Below, one piece after another: positions 40,530 through 54,300 of a stretch of DNA of 64,000 nt (within the stretch, counting starts at the first letter, position 1; every line of letters begins with the position of its first letter). A model generated the notes under the pieces. The model was not told the origin of the DNA. It did not search any database and saw only the letters and a program-made list of their open reading frames with translations. The stretch is from Eledone cirrhosa (Eukaryota): the NCBI GenBank assembly GCA_964016885.1, contig OZ024743.1, positions 74,710,001 through 74,774,000 on the forward strand. Direction: 5' to 3'. Made by a program: the position numbers and the translations under genes.

Positions 40530-41298
40530 TGTTTGTTTGTGTGTGTGTGAATTCACAAACACATATATGTGTGTGTGTTTGTGCGTGTTTATATATTCAC
40601 AAATACACATATATATATATATATGTGTGGCGGGGGGGGGGGGGGGGTAAATACATACATGAGAAACTTCATCAAGAAAAACAGAAGCATATAATTTAAT
40701 GCTTGGTTACACGTTTGTTGCCCCAATATGCTAGAACGTTGTTTTGTTTCAATATGTATAGAATTCGCTATTTCTATTCACAACAGTTTATTGACCTGAA
40801 TATGTTATTAAATAAATGAAATGTGCAACAGGGCATTGTCGACAATGGTAATTATTACCAACTCAAATTGTAATTATCGGTATGTTATTTCAATTATACT
40901 TTAATTATTGATATTCTAGAGATCAATATTTTACGTTGATCAGTATTCACCTCAAAGACTTCAATAGATTATAATTAATACCTGGGATTGTTAAACATAA
41001 ATAATGATAAACTATATAAAATAATAAACTACACAACAGTGAAAGTCGACGATAAATGTCCGACAGAAAAGGTAGTAATTGGCAAATAAGTTAACAATTA
41101 TAAATGACTGATATTAATTACAATTTATGAAATATTTATGAAACGTAGCGTTGGAGTCATCTATAATTAACCTTAGAACATAGATTGATGAAAGTATTGT
41201 AGATGTTAAAAAAATAAAATTTGTTTTCACTCTTAACATGGCGGAAACCTAAATGTATTCGTGAGTGAATATTAATAATATTATAATAATATTATTCG

Positions 41299-41490
41299 GA
41301 CGGTGGATTGGCAGTATCGGTAGAGGGCCGGACACCATGCTTTGACGCATAGAATTACGGCCCTTTCCATTCTGAGTTCAAATTCCGCCGAGGTTAACTT
41401 TGCCTTTCATCCTTACGGGGTAGATAAAATAAAGTACCAGTAATGCACTGGGATAATTGCTGGCCTTGTGCCAAAAGTAGAAACAATTAT
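41299..41490 (+). mobile_element. SINE family 1
   Basis: Full A/B boxes and core. Confidence 0.92.
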
Positions 41491-41559
41491 TGATATTCGG
41501 TTTGTAAGGAAATAAACACCATGTGTGTTTTCTAGATGAGCAATTTCATCTTTTTGTTC

Positions 41560-41965
41560 CAGCTGTAGCTGAGAGAAACTCTTCAAATACCGGTCGCTCT
41601 CCGACAGGTTTGCGGTCGTGCCCTTGGCAGTGGAGACTTCTGGTGTCCTTGGCCCTAGGGCTACCTCTCTACTCACCACCATAGGCGCTGAGTTGGCCAG
41701 CAACAGGTGTGAGCCTCGCGAGATGGAATGGCTCATCCAGCGCATCTCCCTTACCATCCTCCGAGGAAACGCCTTATCCATTCTGTCCACCTGGGCTGTG
41801 GGGAGGTCAGCACGTGGGACCCCATTTACTCACCATACAGAGAGATGGGGAGGACGAGAGTTCGGCTCTTCTGTGTTCGGACCTGGTGTACATGAGAGAT
41901 GGGGAGGGCGAGAGAGATGGAGGCGATGACAGTGGGAGTTCGGCTCTTCCACGTTCGGACCATAT
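41560..41965 (+). mobile_element. CRE-like non-LTR retrotransposon 3' end (RLE domain + 3' UTR)
   Basis: EKLFKYRSLSDRFAVVPLAVETSGVLGPRATSLLTTIGAELASNRCEPREMEWLIQRISLTILRGNALSIL matches the K..KY / PxAVETxG / QRISxxIxRGNA pattern of CRE-clade RLE domains. Confidence 0.8.
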
Positions 41966-42192
41966 CCTTATGGTTGTGTTCATTATCTATAGAGTTCATT
42001 TTATTATTCAGTTGTCCTCTCAAGGTCGTCACAATGCAGCTAACTATTCATTCAACTATGAACCTCTCACAATTGTTTCGGAGTGTTGGCCTCTCAGCTA
42101 CTGCTGGAACAAAGGGATGACATTAGTCATCTGACACGTCCTGTTTATGAGGCTGTTTGCAAAGAAACCGAATATTAATGATGTTATTATAT

Positions 42193-42356
42193 AGGGTCGG
42201 ACGCCATGCTTAGTAGCAAAGTGTTACGGCCCTTTATGGTATAAGTTCAAAGACTGCCGAGGTTAACTTTGCCTTTCATTGTTACGGGGTCGATAAAATA
42301 AAGTACCAGTAATGCACTGGATAATTGCTGGCCTTGTGCCAAAAGTAGAAACAATT
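42193..42356 (+). mobile_element. SINE family 1, 5'-truncated
   Basis: Starts AGGGTCGGACGCCATGC. Core and tail intact. Confidence 0.9.
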
Positions 42357-42581
42357 ATTATATTATATTATTATTAATATTTCCTTACGAATACATTGTA
42401 TATTCTGTATACCTTAAAGTATCTTTATATTCTCTGGCGGGGAGCGGGGGAGGCGGAGTAATGACAGTGGGGTTCCATTGTATTCGAACCTGGTGTATAT
42501 GTATATATTTATATACCACACCATATATATAACTTTCTCAATAGATTCTTGTAAATGATGTAAATAAATCGATAGCCGCCG

Positions 42582-42617
<36 letters not shown>

Positions 42618-42756
42618 AATCCACAACGAAAAGGAACTAATTCTTGTTGTATAATATTTGTATTTCAAATCAACGAAATGTAATGTAATGTATAATAACT
42701 AAATGGTGTTGGCTTGATAGTTTGTTTAAATAAATTGAACTGAAAAGTGAAACATT

Positions 42757-42830
42757 TTCTGACAAGATCCGCTCGAAGGAGAGTTTGAGAACTGTCCTCA
42801 CGACCCTCTCAAGAAGAAGAAGAAGAAGAA
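42757..42830 (+). mobile_element. Very short RTE-like 3' end with (GAA)n tail and TSD GAAACATTT
   Basis: Matches 24922-25007. TSD at 42749-42757 and 42828-42836. Confidence 0.8.
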
Positions 42831-43539
42831 ACATTTCAACGTCTACTTGTGGTTCTACCTAACTTAAATGTCTGTTGAAAAAAATATTATAAGATTCTTC
42901 TTCATCTTCAATCTTTCGTAGTTCCTTCTTATCAATGCTATACAATTCTTTTTATTGAAATCAATTTCGACCGTATTTACGTATGTTTACTTCGTTCAAG
43001 TTATTTTTCTTTTAGTATTGATCACTTCCTTTTATAAAGTTAATATTTGAATATAAATTACACTTCAAGACAGAAACTTATTGCAGAAATATATTATTGT
43101 CTTTTGATCTTTTCTTCAATTAGAATTATCGTTTCTGTTGATTTATTATCAGTGAAATTCTAATTTATTTCATTTTTCCTATTGAAATATCAATATTAGT
43201 GATTATTTCCTTTGATTCCATCGAGGAGGGGGCATATTCAACACGTAACCATATTTAGATGGGAATGTAAATTGCTTTACCAAGCTTGACCGAAGAACAA
43301 ACCCCTGACCTTTCAGATTGCCAGTCAATTTGAGTTGAATCCGTTCTGTGATTTCAAATCAAATTGCTATGTCAATACTCATCTGTTTCCAATTCCTAAC
43401 GGGTTCTAAACCCCACTATCCTGGCTAGAATTTCTTTAGCCAAAAATACGGCGAAAGCTTCTATTTCTAATTTGTACCTTTTGTTTCACGAAAACAAACA
43501 AAACGCGCAAATTAGATTAATAAACTTTGTAAGTTTTCT

Positions 43540-43765
43540 AGAAAATCACGAAAAAGCTATCAATTTTCATATGAAGTATATGTAAGTGTCTGAGACGTCT
43601 GAACAAGTATCCTCCACCTCCAACTAACTTACCCTCCAGCTCGTGGTTGTGACCGACAGGATAGAGAATACATTGCCCCTGATGACAGCGTGGGAGACGC
43701 GGTGGGACAGCCACTCCAGCTCGTGGTACTCGCACATACAAACAGCCAACTCCGCGGTCAGTAGA
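43540..43765 (-). mobile_element. CRE-like 3' remnant
   Basis: AELAVCMCEYHELEWLSHRVSHAVIRGNVFSILSVTTTSWRVS* on the minus strand. Tail shared with 22850-22885. Confidence 0.75.
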
Positions 43766-43885
43766 AAAGCAAAATTATATTATGTAGTTTAGAAAAGCCA
43801 GCATTTTATTTGCTGTGTTAGTGTGATTACGTATTGATAAGACTGTGTAATTCTGGAGTATCTAATAAGCTGTATGCCTATTATT

Positions 43886-44294
43886 ATAGGCGGTGGAGTG
43901 GCAGAGTCGTTAGAGCTTTCGATAGAATGTTTTGTGGTATTCGTTCCGACTCTCTGCTCTCTGAGTTCAAATCCCGCCGAGGCCAACTTTGCCTTTCATC
44001 CATTAATAGGAGTCGATCGACTTTCGTCAAATCGGACCGGGGAAACAATGTTTCCATTGGTCTTTCCAATTGCTAATACAATCTATCAGTCGCAACTCCA
44101 GGTAGAAGAAGCAACGTGAAATAAAGTGGCTTGCTCAAGGACATAACACATCGCCCGGTCAGGGAATCGAACTCACAACCACACGATTGCAAATCCAATT
44201 CTCTAACCGCTCAGCTACGCGCCTTCACACTCAACCACGCGCCTTCACAATTAAAGAGCGATAAAAAAAGGACCAGTCAAGTAGTAGGGTCGAT

Positions 44295-44295
<1 letters not shown>
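43886..44295 (+). mobile_element. SINE family 1 split by an antisense family 2 SINE (~44010-44250)
   Basis: Family 1 runs to GCCTTTCATCCATT and resumes at GCGATAAAAAAAGGACCAGTC. The insert carries GCAACGTGAAATAAAGTGGCTTGCTCAAGGAC and GAATCGAACTC. Confidence 0.85.
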
Positions 44296-44329
<34 letters not shown>

Positions 44330-44637
44330 CTATCTCTATCTCTCTCTCTGCTTCTCTGACAGAAATCTGGTGTATTCAGGTCTGGGGAGGAGATGGGCTT
44401 CGCCAGGTTTTAAAAGATGCCCTAGAAACGGAGTGTGTAAATATGGCGCCCCTATGTCTCGTCAGAGGTTCGCGTCCATACTAAATCATGCATATTGTCA
44501 AATAGCGCACCATATGTTATTAACAATTGTATAAATATCATATATAGAGCAAGCCCTTAGCCTCAAATACATATAAATTTAAGTGAGTTTAAATAAAATA
44601 TGAATGATTTCATGATGAATTATGGGAACTTTGTTTA

Positions 44638-47600
44638 ATATACAGTATATATTACAGTACAGTATATATTACAGTACAGTATATATTACAGTACAGTATA
44701 TATTACAGTATAGTATATATTACAGTACAGTATATATTACGGTACAGTATATATTACAGTACAGTATATATTACAGTACAGTGTATATTACAGTACAGTA
44801 TATATTACAGTACAGTATATATTACAGTATAGTATATATTACAGTACAGTATATATTACAGTACAGTATATATTACATTACAGTATATATTACAGTACAG
44901 TATATATTACATTACAGTATATATTACAGTACAGTATATATTACGGTACAGTATATATTACAGTACAGTGTATATTACAGTACAGTATATATTACAGTAC
45001 AGTATATATTACAGTATAGTATATATAACAGTACAGTATATATTACAGTACAGTATATATTACAGTACAGTATATATTACAGTACAGTATATATTACATT
45101 ACAGTATATATTACAGTACAGTATATATTACGGTACAGTATATATTACAGTACAGTATATATTACAGTACAGTATATATTACGGTACAGTATATATTACA
45201 GTACAGTATATATTACAGTATAGTATATATTACAGTACAGTATATATTACAGTACAGTATATATTACAGTACAGTGTATATTACAGTACAGTATATATTA
45301 CAGTACAGTATATATTACAGTATAGTATATATTACAGTACAGTATATATTACGGTACAGTATATATTACAGTACAGTGTATATTACAGTACAGTATATAT
45401 TACAGTACAGTATATATTACAGTATAGTATATATTACAGTACAGTATATATTACAGTACAGTATATATTACAGTACAGTATATATTACATTACAGTATAT
45501 ATTACAGTACAGTATATATTACGGTACAGTATATATTACAGTACAGTATATATTACAGTACAGTATATATTACGGTACAGTATATATTACAGTACAGTAT
45601 ATATTACAGTATAGTATATATTACAGTACAGTATATATTACAGTACAGTATATATTACAGTACAGTGTATATTACAGTACAGTATATATTAAAGTACAGT
45701 ATATATTACAGTACAGTATATATTACAGTACAGTATATATATTACAGTACAGTATATATTACAGTACAGTATATATTACGGTACAGTATATATTACAGTA
45801 CAGTATATATTACAGTACAGTATATATTACGGTACAGTATATATTACAGTACAGTATATATTACAGTATAGTATATATTACAGTACAGTATATATTACAG
45901 TACAGTATATATTACAGTACAGTGTATATTACAGTACAGTATATATTAAAGTACAGTATATATTACAGTACAGTATATATTACAGTACAGTATATATTAC
46001 AGTATAGTATATATTACAGTACAGTATATATTACAGTACAGTATATATTACATTACAGTATATATTACAGTACAGTATATATTACATTACAGTATATATT
46101 ACAGTACAGTATATATTACGGTACAGTATATATTACAGTACAGTGTATATTACAGTACAGTATATATTACAGTACAGTATATATTACAGTATAGTATATA
46201 TTACAGTACAGTATATATTACAGTACAGTATATATTACAGTACAGTATATATTACAGTACAGTATATATTACATTACAGTATATATTACAGTACAGTATA
46301 TATTACGGTACAGTATATATTACAGTACAGTATATATTACAGTACAGTATATATTACGGTACAGTATATATTACAGTACAGTATATATTACAGTATAGTA
46401 TATATTACAGTACAGTATATATTACAGTACAGTATATATTACAGTACAGTGTATATTACAGTACAGTATATATTACAGTACAGTATATATTACAGTATAG
46501 TATATATTACAGTACAGTATATATTACGGTACAGTATATATTACAGTACAGTGTATATTACAGTACAGTATATATTACAGTACAGTATATATTACAGTAT
46601 AGTATATATTACAGTACAGTATATATTACAGTACAGTATATATTACAGTACAGTATATATTACAGTACAGTATATATTACATTACAGTATATATTACAGT
46701 ACAGTATATATTACGGTACAGTATATATTACAGGACAGTATATATTACAGTACAGTATATATTACGGTACAGTATATATTACAGTACAGTATATATTACA
46801 GTATAGTATATATTACAGTACAGTATATATTACAGTACAGTATATATTACAGTACAGTGTATATTACAGTACAGTATATATTAAAGTACAGTATATATTA
46901 CAGTACAGTATATATTACAGTACAGTATATATATTACAGTACAGTATATATTACAGTACAGTATATATTACGGTACAGTATATATTACAGTACAGTATAT
47001 ATTACAGTACAGTATATATTACGGTACAGTATATATTACAGTACAGTATATATTACAGTATAGTATATATTACAGTACAGTATATATTACAGTACAGTAT
47101 ATATTACAGTACAGTGTATATTACAGTACAGTATATATTAAAGTACAGTATATATTACAGTACAGTATATATTACAGTACAGTATATATTACAGTACAGT
47201 ATATATTACAGTATAGTATATATTACAGTACAGTATATATTACAGTACAGTATATATTACAGTATAGTATATATTACAATACAGTATATATTACAGTACA
47301 GTATATATTACAGTACAGTATATATTACAGTATAGTATATATTACAGTACAGTATATATTACAGTACAGTATATATTACATTACAGTATATATTACAGTA
47401 CAGTATATATTACAGTACAGTATATATTACAGTACAGTATGTATTAGAGTACAGTATGTATTACTGTACAGTATGTATTACAGTACAGTATATATTACAG
47501 TACAGTATATATTACAGTACAGTATATATTACAGTACAGTATATATTACAGTACAGTATATATTACAGTATAGTATATATTACAGTACAGTATATATTAC

Positions 47601-50600
47601 GGTACAGTATATATTACAGTACAGTATATATTACAGTACAGTATATATTACGGTACAGTATAAATTACAGTACAGTATATATTACAGTATAGTATATATT
47701 ACAGTACAGTATATATTACAGTACAGTATATATTACAGTACAGTGTATATTACAGTACAGTATATATTAAAGTAGAGTATATATTACAGTACAGTATATA
47801 TTACAGTACAGTATATATTACAGTACAGTATATATTACAGTATAGTATATATTACAGTACAGTATATATTACAGTACAGTATATATTACAGTATAGTATA
47901 TATTACAATACAGTATATATTACAGTACAGTATATATTACAGTACAGTATATATTACAGTATAGTATATATTACAGTACAGTATATATTACAGTACAGTA
48001 TATATTACAGTACAGTATGTATTAGAGTACTGTATGTATTACTGTACAGTATGTATTACAGTACAGTATATTTTACAGTACAGTATATATTACAGTACAG
48101 TATATATTACAGTACAGTATGTATTACTGCACAGTGTGTATTACAGTACAGTATATATTACAGTACAGTATATATTACAGTATGGTATATAGTACAGTAC
48201 AGTATGTAGTACAGTACAGTAAATATTACAGTACAGTATATATTACAGTACAGTATATATTAAAGTACAGTATATATTACAGTACAGTATATATTACAGT
48301 ATAGTACATATTACAGTACAGTATATATTAAGTACAGTATATATTACAGTACAGTATATATTACAGTACAGTATATATTACAGTATATATTAAAGTATAG
48401 TATATATTACAGTACAGTATATATTAAGTACAGTATATATTACAGTACAGTATATATTACAGTATAGTATATATTACAGTACATTATATATTACAGTACA
48501 GTATATATTACAGTATAGTATATATTACAGTACAGTATATATTACAGTATAGTATATATTACAGTACAGTATATATTAAGTACAGTATATATTACAGTAC
48601 AGTATATATTACAGTACAGTATATATTACAGTACAGTATATATTACAGTATATATTAAAGTACAGTATATATTACAGTACAGTATATATTACAGTATAGT
48701 ATATATTACAGTACAGTATATATTACAGTACAGTATATATTACAGTACAGTATGTATTAGAGTACAGTATGTATTACTGTACAGTATGTATTACAGTACA
48801 GTATATTTTACAGTACAGTATATATTACAGTACAGTATATATTACAGTACAGTATGTATTACTGCACAGTGTGTATTACAGTACAGTATATATTACAGTA
48901 CAGTATATATTACAGTATGGTATATAGTACAGTACAGTATGTAGTACAGTACAGTAAATATTACAGTACAGTATATATTACAGTACAGTATATATTAAAG
49001 TACAGTATATATTACAGTACAGTATATATTACAGTATAGTACATATTACAGTACAGTATATATTAAGTACAGTATATATTACAGTACAGTATATCTTACA
49101 GTACAGTATATATTACAGTATATATTAAAGTATAGTATATATTACAGTACAGTATATATTAAGTACAGTATATATTACAGTACAGTATATATTACAGTAT
49201 AGTATATATTACAGTACATTATATATTACAGTACAGTATATATTACAGTATAGTATATATTACAGTACAGTATATATTACAGTATAGTATATATTACAGT
49301 ACAGTATATATTAAGTACAGTATATATTACAGTACAGTATATATTACAGTACAGTATATATTACAGTACAGTATATATTACAGTATATATTAAAGTACAG
49401 TATATATTACAGTACAGTATATATTACAGTATAATATATATTACAGTACAGTATATATTACATTAAAGTATATATTAAGTACAGTATATATTACAATACA
49501 GTATATATTACAGTATATGTTACAGTATAGTATATATTACAAAACAATATATATTAAAGTATATAATACAATATAATATATATTACAGTACAGTATATAT
49601 TACATTAAAGTATATATTAAGTACAGTATATATTACAGTACAGTATATATTAAAATACAGTATATATTACAATACATTATATATTACAGCATAGTATATA
49701 TTACAGTACAGTATATGATACAGTACAGTATATATTACAGTACAGTATATATTACAGTACAGTATGTATTACTGTACAGTATATATTACAGTACAGTATA
49801 TATTAAGTACAGTATATATTACAGTACAGTATATATTACAGTATATATTACATTATAGTATATATTACAGTACAGTATATATTACAGTACTGTCTGTATT
49901 ACAGTACAGTATAATAACAGTACAGTATATATTACAGTACAGTATATATGACAGTATAGTATCTATAACAGTATTTATTAATCTGCAGTATGTATTACAG
50001 TATATATTACAGTATAGTATATATTACAGTACAGTATATATTACAGTACATTATATATTACAGTACAGTATATATTACAGTACAGTATATAGTACAGTAC
50101 AGTACACATTACAGTACTGTATCTATTACAGTACAGTATATATTACAGTACAGTATTATTACAGTGCAGTATATATTACAGTACAGTATATATTACAGTA
50201 TAGTATATATTACAGTACAGTAAATATTACAGTACAGTATATATTTCAGTACAGTATATATTACAGTACAGTATATATTACAGTACAGTATATATTACAG
50301 TACAGTATATATTACAGTACAGTATATATTACGGTACAGTATATAATAAAGTACAGTATATATTACAATACAGTATATATTACAGTACAGTATATATTAC
50401 AGTACAGTATATATTACAATACAGTATATATTACGGTACAGTATATATTACAGTACAGTATATATTACAGTACAGTATATATTACGGTACAGTATATAAT
50501 ACAGTACAGTATATATTACAGTACAGTATATATTACAGTGCAGTATATATTACAGTACAGTATATATTACAGTATAGTATATATTACAGGACAGTATATA

Positions 50601-51320
50601 TTACAGTACAGTATATATTACAGTACAGTATATATTACAGTACAGTATATATTACAGGACAGTATATATTACAGTACAGTATATATTACAGTACAGTATA
50701 TATTACAGTGCAGTATATATTACAGTACAGTATATATTACAGTATAGTATATATTACAGTACAGTATATATTACAGGACAGTATATATTACGGTACAGTA
50801 TATATTACAGGATAGTATATATTACAGTACAGTATATATTACAGTACAGTATATATTACAGTATAGTATATATTACAATACAGTATATATTACAGTACAG
50901 TATATATTACAGTATAGTATATATTACAGTACAGTATATATTACAGGTCAGTACATATTACGGTACAGTATATATTACAGGATAGTATATATTACAGTAT
51001 ATATTACAGTATATATTACAGTACAGTATATATTACAGTTTTGTATATATTACAGAACAGCATATATATAAGTATATATTACAGTACAGTATATATTACA
51101 GTACAGTATATATTACAGTGCAGTATATATTACAGTGCAGTATATATTACAGTACAGTATATATTACAGTACAGTATATATTACAGGGCAGTATATATTA
51201 CAGCACAGTATATATTACAGTACAGTATATATTACAGTATAGTATATATTACAGTACAGTATATATTACAGTACAGTATGTATTACAGTACAGTATTTAT
51301 TACTGTGCAGTATATATTAC
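44638..51320. repeat. 17-bp satellite TACAGTACAGTATATAT, ~390 copies, with internal ~1192-bp and 735-bp block duplications
   Basis: Read directly. ATTAAAG and extra-AT variants recur 1192 bp apart. Identical variant blocks at 48119 and 48854. Confidence 0.98.
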
Positions 51321-54300
51321 CACTATTATATCACGACTACCATACCGCCACTACTAAATCACCACTACTATACCACCACTACTATAACACCATTACTATA
51401 CCACGACTACTATATCACTACCACTAATATATCACCACTACAAAACCACCACTACACTATCACCACCACTATACCAACACTACAATACCACCACTACTAT
51501 ACCACTGCTATATCACCACTGCTATATCACCACTACTATACCACCACTACTATGCCGCCACTACAATACCAACACTACTATACCACCACTACTATACCTC
51601 CACTACTATACCACCACTACTATATCACCACCATTACTATACCACCACTACTATACCAACACTACTATACCAACAATACTATATCACCACTACTATATCA
51701 CCACCATTACTATACCACCACTACTATACCACCACTACCATACCTCCACTACTATACCAACACTACTATACAAACACTACTATACCACTACTACTATATC
51801 ACCACCACTACTATACCTCCACTACTATATCAGCACCACTATACCACCACCACTATACCACCACTACTATAGCACCACTACTATACCGCCACTACTATAC
51901 CAACACTACTATACCAACACTACTATATCACAACTGATATATCACCACCATTACTATACCGCCACTACTATAACACCACCAATATTATTTCACCACCACT
52001 ATATCACTACTACTATATCACCACTACAATACCACCACCACTACTATACCAGCACTACTATATCACCCCCACTATACCACCACTGCTATACTACCACTAA
52101 TATATCACCACCACTATACCACCATTACTATACCACCATCACTATTTTTCTACTACTATACCGCCACTACTATATCACCACTACTCTACCACCACTACTA
52201 TACCACCACTACTATACCACTACTATATCACCACCACTACTATACCACCAATATATTTCAACACTACTATAACACTACTACTATATCACCACTACTATAT
52301 CACCACTACTATAACACCACTACTATACCATCACTACTATATCAGCACTACTATATCACCACTACTATACCACCACCACTACTATACCACCACTATTATA
52401 TCACCACTACTATATCCCCACCACTACTATACCACCACCACTATATCACCACTAATATATCTCCACCACAACTATACCACCACTACTATACCACCACTAC
52501 TATACCACCACTACTATATCACCAGCGCTACTTATCACCACCACTACTATACCACCACTAGTATATCAACACTACTATAACAACACTACTATACCAACAC
52601 TACTATACCCCACTAATATAAAACAATTATACAAACACTACTATACCACCACTTCTATACCACCACTACTAAACCACCACAACTATATCACCACTACTAT
52701 ACTACCACTACTATACCACCACTACTATAGCACTACTACTATATCACCACCACTATTATATCACCACCACTACTATTACACCACTACTATACCACTACTA
52801 AATCACCACTACTATACCACCACTACTATACCACCACTACTATACCACTACTATATCACCACTACTATATCACCACCACTATACCACCACTAATATATCA
52901 CCACTACTATACCACCACCACTACTATACCACCACTATTATATCACCACCACTACTATATCACCACTACTATACCACCAGTACTATATCACCACTACTAT
53001 ACCACCTCTACTATACCACCAGTTCTGTATCACCACTACTATACCACCACTACTATACCACTACTAAATCACCACTACTATACCACCACTACTATACCAC
53101 CACTACTATACCACTAATATATCACCACTACTATACCACCACTACTATATCACCACCACTATACCACTACTACTATAACTATCACTAATATATCACCACC
53201 ACTATACCACCAACACTATATCACCACTACTATACCACCTTTACTATGCCACCGCTGCTATACCACCACTACTATACCACCATTACTATATTACTACTAC
53301 TATACCACCACTACTATATCACCACTACTATGCCACCACTACTATACTACCACTACTATACCTCCACTACTATACCACCACAACTATATCACCACTACTA
53401 TGCCACCACTACTATACTACCACTACTATACCTCCACTACTATTCCACCACTACTGTATCACCACTACTATATCACCACTTCTATCCCACCACCACTTCT
53501 CTACCACCACTACTATACCACCACTACTATACCATCACTACTATATCACCAACGCTACTATATCACCACCACTACTATACCGCCACTAGTATATCAACAC
53601 TACTATAACACCACTACTATATCACCACTACTATGCCACCACTACTATATCACCAATAGTATACCACCACTACTATATCACCAATACTATACCACCACTA
53701 CTATACCACCACTACTATACCACCACTACTATACCACCACTACTATACCACCACCACTATATCACCACTACTATACCACCACTACAATATCACCACCACT
53801 ATAGCACCACTACTATACTACCACTAATATATCACCACCACTATACCACCACCACTATATCACCACTACTATACCACCACTATTATATCACCACCACTAC
53901 TATATCACCACTACTATACCACCAGTATTATCTCACCAATACTATACCACCTCTACTATACCATCAGTACTATATCACCACTACTATACCACCACTACTA
54001 TACCACTACTAAATCACCACTGCTATACCACCACTACTATACCACCACTAATATACCACTACTATATTACCACTACTATATCACCACAACTATACCACCA
54101 CTACTATAACACCACTACTATACCACCACTACTATACCACCACTACTACACCACCACTACTATATCACCACTACTATGCCACCACTACTATACTACCACT
54201 ACTATACCTCCACTTCTATACCACTACCATATCACCACTAATATATCACCACCACTACTATACCACCACTACTATTTCACCACTACTATACCACCACTAC

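Larger units (their letters stand above)
37660..41250 (+). pseudogene. Decayed TLR-like pseudogene, copy C, interrupted by a Tx1 LINE and microsatellites
   Basis: KLHSLSEFLPNIIVIFL (~37859); IYLSLSSPLW (~40429); VCCPNMLERCFVSICIEFAISIHN...MCNRALSTM (40713-40847, Cys cluster/LRRNT-like); LISIHLKDFNRL (40936-40971); NTWDC (40977-40991); IDESIVDVKKIKFVF (~41184-41228, weak TIR-like). Confidence 0.45.

Noticed and set aside
37345-40650. ORFs with YIYIYI/HTHT/CVCV runs
   Set aside because: Microsatellite translations.
23148-44228. tRNA genes
   Set aside because: The A/B boxes belong to SINE heads that run into SINE cores; no complete cloverleaf was found.
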